A stretch of DNA of 64,000 nt, from positions 1,658,303 through 1,722,302 of the forward strand of contig CM082582.2 of the NCBI GenBank assembly GCA_040954595.2. Direction: 5' to 3'. Below are positions 51,967-64,000 of the stretch, piece after piece. The position numbers and the translations under genes were made by a program. Source of the DNA: Balanoglossus misakiensis (Eukaryota > Animalia > Hemichordata). Each line of letters starts with the position of its first letter. Position 1 is the first letter of the stretch. The notes below the pieces were generated by a model. It was not told the DNA's origin and made no database searches. It saw only the letters and a list, made by a program, of their open reading frames with translations.

Positions 51967-54900
51967 ATTTTTTGACGATTTTCACCCATGTTTTTTTTTT
52001 CAAAAATTGACGAACCCATGTTTTTTTTTTCAAAAATCGACGAATTTTTCAAAATTTTGCAAAGTCGAAAATTTGTCATTTTTTTGATGATTTCCCCCCC
52101 CCCCCCCCACATTTTTTTTTTCAAAAATTGACGAAATTTTGAGATTTTGCTGTCGAAAATCTGTCATTTTTTTGGCAATTTTACCCATGATTTTTTTCAG
52201 AAATCGACGAAATTTTGAGATTTTGCAAAGTCGAAACTTTGTCTTTTTTGATGATTTTCACCCATTATTTTTTTCAAAAATCGACGAAATTTTCAGTTTT
52301 TGCAAAGTCGAAAATTTGTCATTTTTTGAAGATTTTCACCCATGTTTTTTTTTCAAAAATCGACGAACCCATGATTTTTTTCAAAATCGACGAAATTTTG
52401 AGATTTTGCAAAGTCGAAAATTTGTCATTTGTTGATTATTTTCATAAGCTATAACCCATTTTTTTTTCAAAAATCGACGAATTTTTGAAAATTTTGCAAA
52501 GTCGAAAATTTGTCATTTTTTGATGATTTTCACCCATGATTTTTTTCAAAAATCGACGAAATTTTGAGATTTTGCAAAGTCGAAAATTTGTCATTTATTG
52601 ATGATTTTTACCCATGATTTTTTTCAAAAATTGACGAAATTTTAAGATTTTGCAGTCGAAAATTTGTCATTTTTTGATGATTTTCCCCTATGATTTTTTT
52701 CAGAAATCGATGAAATTTTGAGTTTTTGCAAAGTCGAAAATTTGTCATTTTTTGAAGATTTTCACCCATGTTTTTTTTCAAAATCGACGGACTTTTGAGA
52801 TTTTGCAAAGTCGAAAATTTGTCATTTTTTGATGATTTTCACCCATTTTTTTTCAAAAATCGACGAAATTTTGAGTTTTTGCAAAGTCGAAAATTTGTCA
52901 TTTTTTGAAGATTTTCACCCATGTTTTTTTTCAAAATCGACGGACTTTTGAGATTTTGCAAAGTCGAAAATTTGTCATTTTTTGATGATTTTCACCCATG
53001 TTTTTTTTTCGACGAACCCATGTTTTTTTTTCCAAAATCGACGATATTTTGAGATTTTGCAAAGTCGAAAATTTGTCATTTTTTATGATTTCCCCCCCCC
53101 ACGATTTTTTTTTTCAAAAATCGACGAAAATCTCGAAGTTCTTGCAAAGTCGAAAATTTGTCATTTTTTAATGATTTTCACCCATGATTTTTTTTTAAAA
53201 ATCGACGAACCCATACTTTTTTCAAAATCGACAAAATTTTGAGATTTTGCAGTCGAAAATTTGTCATTTTTTGATGATTTTCATCCATGTTTTTTTTTCA
53301 AAAAGCGACGAAATTTTGAGATTTTGCAGTCGAAAATTTGTCATTTGTTGATGATTTTCATAAGGTATAACCCATTTTTTTTTCAAAAATCGACGAATTT
53401 TTGAAAATTTTGCAAAGTCGAAAATTTGTCATTTTTTGATGATTTTCACCCATGATTTTTTTCAAAAATCGACGAAATTTTGAGATTTTGCAAAATCGAA
53501 AATTTTTCATTTATTGATAATTTTACCCATGATTTTTTTTCAAAAATTGACGAAATTTTGAGATTTTGCAAAGTCGAAAATTTGTCATTCTTTGATGATT
53601 TTCACCCATGATTTTTTTCAAAAATCGACGAAATTTTGAGATTTTGCAAAGTCGAAAATTTTTCATTTATTGATAATTTTTACCCATGATTTTTTTTCAA
53701 AAATTGACGAAATTTTGAGATTTTGCAAAGTCGAAACTTTGTCATTTTTGATGATTTTCACCCATTTTTTTTCAAAAATCGACGAAATTTTGAGTTTTTG
53801 CAAAGTCGAAAATTTGTCATTTTTTGAAGATTTTCACCCATGTTTTTTTCAAAATCGACGGACTTTTGAGATTTTGCAAAGTCGAAAATTTGTCATTTTT
53901 TTATGATTTCCCCCCCCCCCACGATTTTTTTTAAAAATCGACGAACCCATACTTTTTTCAAAATCGACAAAATTTTGAGATTTTGCAGTCGAAAATTTGT
54001 CATTTTTTGATGATTTTCATCCATGTTTTTTTTCAAAAATCGACGAAATTTTGAGATTTTGCAAAGTCGAAAATTTGTCATTTTTTGATGATTTTCACCC
54101 ATGATTTTTCTCAAAAATCGACGAAATTTTTTAGATTTTGCAAAGTCGAAAATTTGTCATTTTTTAATGATTTTCACCCATGATTTTTTTTAAAAATCGA
54201 CGAACCCATACTTTTTTCAAAATCGACAAAATTTTGAGATTTTGCAGTCGAAAATTTGTCATTTTTTGATGATTTTCATCCATGTTTTTTTTTCAAAAAG
54301 CGACGAAATTTTGAGATTTTGCAGTCGAAAATTTGTCATTTGTTGATGATTTTCATAAGGTATAACCCATTTTTTTTTCAAAAATCGACGAATTTTTGAA
54401 AATTTTGCAAAGTCGAAAATTTGTCATTTTTTGATGATTTTCACCCATGATTTTTTTCAAAAATCGACGAAATTTTGAGATTTTGCAAAGTCGAAAATTT
54501 TTCATTTATTGATAATTTTTACCCATGATTTTTTTTCAAAAATTGACGAAATTTTGAGATTTTGCAAAGTCGAAAATTTGTCATTCTTTGATGATTTTCA
54601 CCCATGATTTTTTTCAAAAATCGACGAAATTTTGAGATTTTGCAAAGTCGAAAATTTTTCATTTATTGATAATTTTTACCCATGATTTTTTTTCAAAAAT
54701 TGACGAAATTTTGAGATTTTGCAAAGTCGAAACTTTGTCATTTTTGATGATTTTCACCCATTTTTTTTCAAAAATCGACGAAATTTTGAGTTTTTGCAAA
54801 GTCGAAAATTTGTCATTTTTTGAAGATTTTCACCCATGTTTTTTTTCAAAATCGACGGACTTTTGAGATTTTGCAAAGTCGAAAATTTGTCATTTTTTTA

Positions 54901-55299
54901 TGATTTCCCCCCCCCCCCCACGATTTTTTTTAAAAATCGACGAACCCATACTTTTTTCAAAATCGACAAAATTTTGAGATTTTGCAGTCGAAAATTTGTC
55001 ATTTTTTGATGATTTTCATCCATGTTTTTTTTTCAAAAATCGACGAAATTTTGAGATTTTGCAAAGTCGAAAATTTGTCATTTTTTGATGATTTTCACCC
55101 ATGATTTTTCTCAAAAATCGACGAAATTTTGAGATTTTGCAAAGTCGAAAATTTGTCATTTTTTGATGATTTTCACCCATGATTTTTTTTTTCAAAAATC
55201 GACAAAATTCCCATTTTTTGAAGATTTTCTCCCATGTTTTTTTTCAAAAATCGACGAACCCATGATTTTTTTCAAAATCGACGAAATTTTGAGATTTTG
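51967..55299 (-). repeat. Inverted satellite block (~3.3 kb) of the same family, right-subfamily variants, with a ~996-bp internal duplication
   Basis: Monomers read GATTTTCACCCATGATTTTTTTCAAAAATCGACGAAATTTTGAGATTTTGCAAAGTCG (reverse complement of the consensus). ORFs 53670/54666 and poly-C runs 53910/54907 mark the duplication. Confidence 0.97.
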
Positions 55300-55343
55300 C
55301 AACATCTCAAAATTTCGTCGATTTTGAAAAAAATCATGGGTTC
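55256..55343. repeat. 88-bp palindromic inversion junction (one mismatched pair) centred on TTGCAA
   Basis: GAACCCATGATTTTTTTCAAAATCGACGAAATTTTGAGAT-T-TTGCAA-C-ATCTCAAAATTTCGTCGATTTTGAAAAAAATCATGGGTTC. Confidence 0.95.
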
Positions 55344-58300
55344 TTGCAAAATCTCAAAATTTCGTCGATTTTGAAAAAAATCATGGGTTCGTTGAATTTT
55401 GAAAAAAAAAACATGGATGAAAATCATCAAAAAATGACAAATTTTCGACTTTGCAAAATCTCAAAATTTCGTCGATTTTGGAAAAAAATCATGGGTTCGT
55501 CGATTTTTGCAAAAAATCATGGGTGAAAATCATCAAAAAATGACAAATTTTCGACTTTGCAAAATCTCAAAATTTCGTCGAATTTGAAAAAAATCATGGG
55601 TTCTTGCAAAATCTCAAAATTTCGTCGATTTTGAAAACAATCATGGGTTCGTTGAATTGTGAAAAAAAACATGGATGAAAATCATCAAAAAATGACAAAT
55701 TTTCGACTTTGCAAAATCTCAAAATTTCGTCGATTTTGAAAAAAAATCATGGGTTCGTCGATTTTTGAAAAAAAAAATGGGTGAAAATCATCAAAATGAC
55801 CAATGTTTGACTTTGCAAATCTCAAAATTTCGTCGATTTTTGAAAAAAAAATCATGGGCTATAGCTCATGAAAATCATCAACAAATGTCAAATTTTCAAC
55901 TTTGCGAAATCTCAAAATATCGTCGATTTTTGAAAAATAAACATGGGTTCGTCGATTTTTGAAAAAAAAATCACGGGCTATAGCTGATGAAAATCATCAA
56001 CAAATGTCAAATTTTCAACTTTGCGAAATCTCAAAATTTCGTCGATTTTGAAAAAAATTATGGGTTCGTCGATTTTTGAAAAAAATCATGGGTGAAAATT
56101 ATCAAAAAATGACAAATTTTCGACTGCAAAATCTCAAAATTTCGTCGATTTCGATAAAAATCATGGGTTCGTCGATTTTTGAAAAAAAAACATGGGTGAA
56201 AATCATCAAAAAATGAAAAATTTTCGACTGCAAAATCTCAAAATTTGGTCGATTTTGAAAAAAATTATGGGTTCGTCGATTTTTGAAAAAAAATCATGGG
56301 TGAAAATCATCAAAAAATGACAAATTTTCGATTTTGCAAAATCTCAAAAATTCGTCGATTTTGAAAAAAAATCATGGGTTCGTCGATTGTTTAAAAAAAA
56401 CATGGGTGAAAATCAACAAAATGACAAATTTTCGACTGCAAAATCTCAAAATTTCGTCGATTTTTGAAAAAAAAATCATTGGCTATAGCTCATGAAAATC
56501 ATCAACAAATGTCAAATTTTCAACTTTGCGAAATCTCAAAATATCGTCGATTTTTGAAAAAAAAACATGGGTTCGTCGATTTTTGAAAAAAAACATGGGT
56601 GAAAATCATCAAAAAATGACAAATTTTCGACTTTGCAAAATCTCAAAATTTCGTCGATTTTGAAAAAAATTATGGGTTCGTCGATTTTTGAAAAAAATCA
56701 TGGGTGAAAATCATCAAAAAATGACAAATTTTCGACTTTGCAAAATCTCAAAATTTCGTCGAATTTTGAAAAAAAATTATGGGTTCGTTGATTTTTGAAA
56801 AAAAACGGGTGAAAATCTTCAGAAAATTACAAATTTTCGACTTTGCAAAATCTTAAAATTTTGTCGATTTTTGAAAAAAAATCATGGGTGAAAATCATCA
56901 AAAAAATGACAAATTTTTGATTTTGCAAAATCTCAAAATTTCGTCGATTTTGAAAAAAAATCACGGGTTCGTCGATTTTTTAGAAAAACATGGGTGAAAA
57001 CCATCAAAAAATGACAAATTTTCGACTGCAAAATCTCAAAATTTCGTCGATTTTTGAAAAATAAACATGGGTTCGTCGATTTTTGAAAAAAAAATCACGG
57101 GCTATAGCTCATGAAAATCATCAACAAATGTCAAATTTTCAACTTTGCGAAATCTCAAAATTTCGTCGATTTTGAAAAAAATTATGGGTTCGTCGATTTT
57201 TGAAAAAAATCATGGGTGAAAATTATCAAAAAATGACAAATTTTCGACTGCAAAATCTCAAAATTTCGTCGATTTCGATAAAAATCATGGGTTCGTCGAT
57301 TTTTGAAAAAAAAAACATGGGTGAAAATCATCAAAAAATTACAAATTTTCGACTGCAAAATCTCAAAATTTGGTCGATTTTTGAAAAAAATCATGGTGAA
57401 AATCATCAAAAAATGACAAATTTTCGACTTTGCAAAATCTCAAAATTTCGTCGAATTTGAAAAAAATCATGGGTTCTTGCAAAATCTCAAAATTTCGTCG
57501 ATTTTGAAAACAATCATGGGTTCGTTGAATTGTGAAAAAAAACATGGATGAAAATCATCAAAAAATGACAAATTTTCGACTTTGCAAAATCTCAAAATTT
57601 CGTCGATTTTGAAAAAAAATCATGGGTTCGTCGATTTTTGAAAAAAAAAATGGGTGAAAATCATCAAAATGACCAATGTTTGACTTTGCAAATCTCAAAA
57701 TTTCGTCGATTTTTGAAAAAAAAATCATGGGCTATAGCTCATGAAAATCATCAACAAATGTCAAATTTTCAACTTTGCGAAATCTCAAAATATCGTCGAT
57801 TTTTGAAAAATAAACATGGGTTCGTCGATTTTTGAAAAAAAAATCACGGGCTATAGCTCATGAAAATCATCAACAAATGTCAAATTTTCAACTTTGCGAA
57901 ATCTCAAAATTTCGTCGATTTCGATAAAAATCATGGGTTCGTCGATTTTTGAAAAAAAAACATGGGTGAAAATCATCAAAAAATGAAAAATTTTCGACTG
58001 CAAAATCTCAAAATTTGGTCGATTTTGAAAAAAATTATGGGTTCGTCGATTTTTGAAAAAAAATCATGGGTGAAAATCATCAAAAAATGACAAATTTTCG
58101 ATTTTGCAAAATCTCAAAAATTCGTCGATTTTGAAAAAAAATCATGGGTTCGTCGATTGTTTAAAAAAAACATGGGTGAAAATCAACAAAATGACAAATT
58201 TTCGACTGCAAAATCTCAAAATTTCGTCGATTTTTGAAAAAAAAATCATTGGCTATAGCTCATGAAAATCATCAACAAATGTCAAATTTTCAACTTTGCG

Positions 58301-61300
58301 AAATCTCAAAATATCGTCGATTTTTGAAAAAAAAACATGGGTTCGTCGATTTTTGAAAAAAAACATGGGTGAAAATCATCAAAAAATGACAAATTTTCGA
58401 CTTTGCAAAATCTCAAAATTTCGTCGATTTTGAAAAAAATTATGGGTTCGTCGATTTTTGAAAAAAATCATGGGTGAAAATCATCAAAAAATGACAAATT
58501 TTCGACTTTGCAAAATCTCAAAATTTCGTCGAATTTTGAAAAAAAATTATGGGTTCGTTGATTTTTGAAAAAAAACGGGTGAAAATCATCAAAAAATTAC
58601 AAATTTTCGACTTTGCAAAATCTTAAAATTTTGTCGATTTTTGAAAAAAAATCATGGGTGAAAATCATCAAAAAAATGACAAATTTTTGATTTTGCAAAA
58701 TCTCAAAATTTCGTCGATTTTGAAAAAAAAATCACGGGTTCGTCGATTTTTTAGAAAAACATGGGTGAAAACCATCAAAAAATGACAAATTTTCGACTGC
58801 AAAATCTCAAAATTTCGTCGATTTTTGAAAAATAAACATGGGTTCGTCGATTTTTGAAAAAAAAATCACGGGCTATAGCTCATGAAAATCATCAACAAAT
58901 GTCAAATTTTCAACTTTGCGAAATCTCAAAATTTCGTCGATTTTGAAAAAAATTATGGGTTCGTCGATTTTTGAAAAAAATCATGGGTGAAAATTATCAA
59001 AAAATGACAAATTTTCGACTGCAAAATCTCAAAATTTCGTCGATTTCGATAAAAATCATGGGTTCGTCGATTTTTGAAAAAAAAAACATGGGTGAAAATC
59101 ATCAAAAAATTACAAATTTTCGACTGCAAAATCTCAAAATTTGGTCGATTTTTGAAAAAAATCATGGTGAAAATCATCAAAAAATGAAAAATTTTCGACT
59201 TTGCAAAATCTCAAAATTTCGTCGATTTTGAAAAAAATTATGGGTTCGTCGATTTTTGAAAAAAAATCATGGGTGAAAATCATCAAAAAATGACAAATTT
59301 TCGATTTTGCAAAATCTCAAAAATTCGTCGATTTTGAAAAAAAATCATGGGTTCGTCGATTGTTTAAAAAAAACATGGGTGAAAATCAACAAAATGACAA
59401 ATTTTCGACTGCAAAATCTCAAAATTTCGTCGATTTTTGAAAAAAAAATCATTGGCTATAGCTCATGAAAATCATCAACAAATGTCAAATTTTCAACTTT
59501 GCGAAATCTCAAAATATCGTCGATTTTTGAAAAAAAAACATGGGTTCGTCGATTTTTGAAAAAAAACATGGGTGAAAATCATCAAAAAATGACAAATTTT
59601 CGACTTTGCAAAATCTCAAAATTTCGTCGATTTTGAAAAAAATTATGGGTTCGTCGATTTTTGAAAAAAATCATGGGTGAAAATCATCAAAAAATGACAA
59701 ATTTTCGACTTTGCAAAATCTCAAAATTTCGTCGAATTTTGAAAAAAAATTATGGGTTCGTTGATTTTTGAAAAAAAACGGGTGAAAATCATCAAAAAAT
59801 TACAAATTTTCGACTTTGCAAAATCTTAAAATTTTGTCGATTTTTGAAAAAAAATCATGGGTGAAAATCATCAAAAAAATGACAAATTTTTGATTTTGCA
59901 AAATCTCAAAATTTCGTCGATTTTGAAAAAAAATCACGGGTTCGTCGATTTTTTAGAAAAACATGGGTGAAAACCATCAAAAAATGACAAATTTTCGACT
60001 GCAAAATCTCAAAATTTCGTCGATTTTTGAAAAAAAAATCATTGGCTATAGCTCATGAAAATCATCAACAAATGTCAAATTTTCAACTTTGCGAAATCTC
60101 AAAATATCGTCGATTTTTGAAAAAAAAACATGGGTTCGTCGATTTTTGAAAAAAAACATGGGTGAAAATCATCAAAAAATGAAAAATTTTCGACTTTGCA
60201 AAATCTCAAAATTTCGTCGATTTTGAAAAAAATTATGGGTTCGTCGATTTTTGAAAAAAATCATGGGTGAAAATCATCAAAAAATGACAAATTTTCGACT
60301 TTGCAAAATCTCAAAATTTCGTCGAATTTTGAAAAAAAATTATGGGTTCGTTGATTTTTGAAAAAAAACATGGGTGAAAACCATCAAAAAATGACAAATT
60401 TTCGACTGCAAAATCTCAAAATTTCGTCGATTTTTGAAAAAAAACATGCGTTCGTCGATTTTTGAAAAAAAAAAAAACATTGGTGAAAATCATCAAAAAA
60501 TGAAACATTTTTGACTGCAAAATCTCAAAATTTCGTCGATTTTTGAAAAAAAAATCATGGGTGAAAATCATCAAAAAAATGACAAATTTTTGATTTTGCA
60601 AAATCTCAAAATTTCGTCGATTTTGAAAAAAAATCACGGGTTCGTCGATTTTTTAAAAAAACATGAGTGAAAACCATCAACAAATGTCAAATTTTCAACT
60701 TTGCGAAATCTCAAAATTTCGTCGATTTTGAAAAAAATTATGGGTTCGCGAATTTTTGATAAAAAAACATGGGTGAAAATCATCAAAAAATTACAAATTT
60801 TCGACTGCAAAATCTCAAAATTTGGTCGATTTTTGAAAAAAATCATGGTGAAAATCATCAAAAAATGACAAATTTTTGATTTTGCAAAATCTCAAAATTT
60901 CGTCGATTTTGAAAAAAATTATGGGTTCGTCGATTTTTGAAAAAAAAACATGGGTGAATTTTCGACTTTGCAAAATCTCAAAATTTCGTCGATTTTGAAA
61001 AAAATCATGGGTTCGTTGATTTTTTAGAAAAACATGGGTGAAAACCATCAAAAAATGACAAATTTTCGACTGCAAAATCTCAAAATTTCGTCGATTTTTG
61101 AAAAAAAACATGCGTTCGTCGATTTTTGAAAAAAAAAAAACATTGGTGAAAATCATCAAAAAATGAAACATTTTTGACTGCAAAATCTCAAAATTTCGTC
61201 GATTTTTGAAAAAAAAATCATGGGTGACAATCATCAAAAAAATGACAAATTTTTGATTTTGCAAAATCTCAAAATTTCGTCGATTTTGAAAAAAAACATG

Positions 61301-64000
61301 GGTTCGTCGATTTTTGAAAAAAAAACGGGTGAAAATCATCAAAAAATGAAACATTTTAGACTTTGCAAAATCTCAAAATTTCGTCAATTTTGAAAAAAAT
61401 CATGGGTTCGTTGATTTTTTAAAAAAAACATGGGTGAAAATCATCAAAAATTTACAAATTTTCGACTGCAAAATCTCAAAATTTCGTCGATTTTGAAAAA
61501 AATTATGGGTTCGTCGACTTTTGAAAAAAAATCATGGGTGAAAATCATCAAAAAATGACAAATTTTCGATTTTGCAAAATCTCAAAAATTCGTCGATTTT
61601 AAAAAAAAATCATGGGTTCGTCGATTGTTTAAAAGAAACATGGGTGAAAATCAACAAAATGACAAATTTTCGACTGCAAAATCTCAAAATTTCGTCGATT
61701 TTTGAAAAAAAAATCATTGGCTATAGCTCATGAAAATCATCAACAAATGTCAAATTTTCAACTTTGCGAAATCTCAAAATATCGTCGATTTTTGAAAAAA
61801 AACATGGGTTCGTCGATTTTTGAAAAAAAACATGGGTGAAAATCATCAAAAAATGACAAATTTTCGACTTTGCAAAATCTCAAAATTTCGTCGATTTTGA
61901 AAAAAATTATGGGTTCGTCGATTTTTGAAAAAAATCATGGGTGAAAATCATCAAAAAATTACAAATTTTCGACTTTGCAAAATCTTAAAATTTTGTCGAT
62001 TTTGAAAAAAAAATCACGGGTTCGTCGATTTTTTAGAAAAACATGGGTGAAAACCATCAAAAAATGACATTTTCGACTGCAAAATCTCAAAATTTCGTCG
62101 ATTTTTGAAAAAAAACATGCGTTCGTCGATTTTTGAAAAAAAAAAAACATTGGTGAAAATCATCAAAAAACTAAACATTTTTGACTGCAAAATCTCAAAA
62201 TTTCGTCGATTTTTGAAAAAAAAATCATGGGTGAAAATCATCAAAAAAATGACAAATTTTTGATTTTGCAAAATCTCAAAATTTCGTCGATTTTGAAAAA
62301 AAACATGGGTTCGTCGATTTTTGAAAAAAAAAAACATGGGTGAAAATCATCAAAAAATGAAACATTTTAGACTTTGCAAAATCTCAAAATTTCGTCGATT
62401 TTGAAAAAAATCATGGGTTCGTTGATTTTTTTAAAAAAACATGGGTGAAAATCATCAAAAATTTACAAATTTTCGACTGCAAAATCTCAAAATTTCGTCG
62501 ATTTTTGAAAAAAAAATCATGGGTGAAAATCCTCAAAAAAACGACAAATTTTTGATTTTGCAAAATTTCAAAATTTCGTCGATTTTGAAAAAAAAATCAT
62601 GGGTTCGTCGATTGTTTAAAAAAAACATGGGTGAAAATCAACAAAATGACAAATTTTCGACTGCAAAATCTCAAAATTTCGTCGATTTTTGAAAAAAAAA
62701 TCATTGGCTATAGCTCATGAAAATCATCAACAAATGTCAAATTTTCAACTTTGCGAAATCTCAAAATATCGTCGATTTTTGAAAAAAAACATGGGTTCGT
62801 CGATTTTTGAAAAAAAACATGGGTGAAAATCATCAAAAAATGACAAATTTTCGACTTTGCAAAATCTCAAAATTTCGTCGATTTTGAAAAAAATTATGGG
62901 TTCGTCGATTTTTGAAAAAAATCATGGGTGAAAATCATCAAAAAATTACAAATTTTCGACTTTGCAAAATCTTAAAATTTTGTCGATTTTGAAAAAAAAA
63001 TCACGGGTTCGTCGATTTTTTAGAAAAACATGGGTGAAAACCATCAAAAAATGACATTTTCGACTGCAAAATCTCAAAATTTCGTCGATTTTTGAAAAAA
63101 AACATGCGTTCGTCGATTTTTGAAAAAAAAAAAACATTGGTGAAAATCATCAAAAAACTAAACATTTTTGACTGCAAAATCTCAAAATTTCGTCGATTTT
63201 TGAAAAAAAAATCATGGGTGAAAATCATCAAAAAAATGACAAATTTTTGATTTTGCAAAATCTCAAAATTTCGTCGATTTTGAAAAAAAACATGGGTTCG
63301 TCGATTTTTGAAAAAAAAAAACATGGGTGAAAATCATCAAAAAATGAAACATTTTAGACTTTGCAAAATCTCAAAATTTCGTCGATTTTGAAAAAAATCA
63401 TGGGTTCGTTGATTTTTTTAAAAAAACATGGGTGAAAATCATCAAAAATTTACAAATTTTCGACTGCAAAATCTCAAAATTTCGTCGATTTTTGAAAAAA
63501 AAATCATGGGTGAAAATCCTCAAAAAAACGACAAATTTTTGATTTTGCAAAATTTCAAAATTTCGTCGATTTTGAAAAAAAAATCATGGGTTCGTCGATT
63601 GTTTAAAAAAAACATGGGTGAAAATCAACAAAATGACAAATTTTCGACTGCAAAATCTCAAAATTTCGTCGATTTTTGAAAAAAAAATCATAGGCTATAG
63701 CTCATGAAAATCATCAACAAATGTCAAATTTTCAACTTTGCGAAATCTCAAAATATCGTCGATTTTTTAAAAAAAAACATGGGTTCGTCGATTTTTGAAA
63801 AAAAACATGGGTGAAAATCATCAAAAAATGACAAATTTTCGACTTTGCAAAATCTCAAAATTTCGTCGATTTTGAAAAAAATTATGGGTTCGTCGATTTT
63901 TGAAAAAAATCATGGGTGAAAATCATCAAAAAATGACAAATTTTCGACTTTGCAAAAATCTCAAAATTTCGTCGAATTTTGAAAAAAAATTATGGGTTCG
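55300..64000 (+). repeat. Satellite array, right subfamily, forward orientation, mostly ~78+31-bp composites (runs off the window end)
   Basis: Diagnostic variants CGACTGCAAAA (2-bp deletion), GGCTATAGCTCATGAAAATCATCAACAAATG and GGGTTCGTCG. Duplication offsets 1873 (55765/57638), 1771 (57182/58953) and 987 (61959/62946, 62441/63428). Confidence 0.97.

Noticed and set aside
56781-56810. CENP-B-box-like TTCGTTG...CGGG
   Set aside because: Spacing does not fit TTCGNNNNANNCGGG.
1338-63679. Many K/F/N-rich ORFs with a 26-aa repeat
   Set aside because: Produced by a 78-bp (3n) monomer with one open frame. They are broken by A-tract indels, appear on both strands and resemble no protein family I recognise.
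1-64000. CRISPR array
   Set aside because: No unique spacers; the whole unit repeats.

Overview
Non-coding, very AT-rich eukaryotic satellite DNA; no protein-coding gene is supported. About 61 kb is one ~78-bp tandem repeat (consensus ATCATGGGTGAAAATCATCAAAAAATGACAAATTTTCGACTTTGCAAAATCTCAAAATTTCGTCGATTTTTGAAAAAA, 21/78 G+C) interspersed with a ~31-bp deletion derivative. It forms three blocks: forward (1-49166), inverted (51967-55299) and forward again (55300-64000). The only non-satellite DNA is a 2.8-kb island (49167-51966) lying exactly at the first orientation switch and at the border between two satellite subfamilies. It is built almost entirely of nested inverted repeats: a long foldback, a TTAA-flanked T2/Kolobok-type MITE in its loop, and a ~300-bp double-hairpin element whose internal junction mirrors its joined ends. 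The second orientation switch is an 88-bp palindrome centred on the monomer's own TTGCAA dyad. The ORF-track entries are translations of repeats, but identical ORFs are useful markers of 0.35-9.7 kb duplications. The organism cannot be identified from this sequence; alignments and identities below were estimated by eye.
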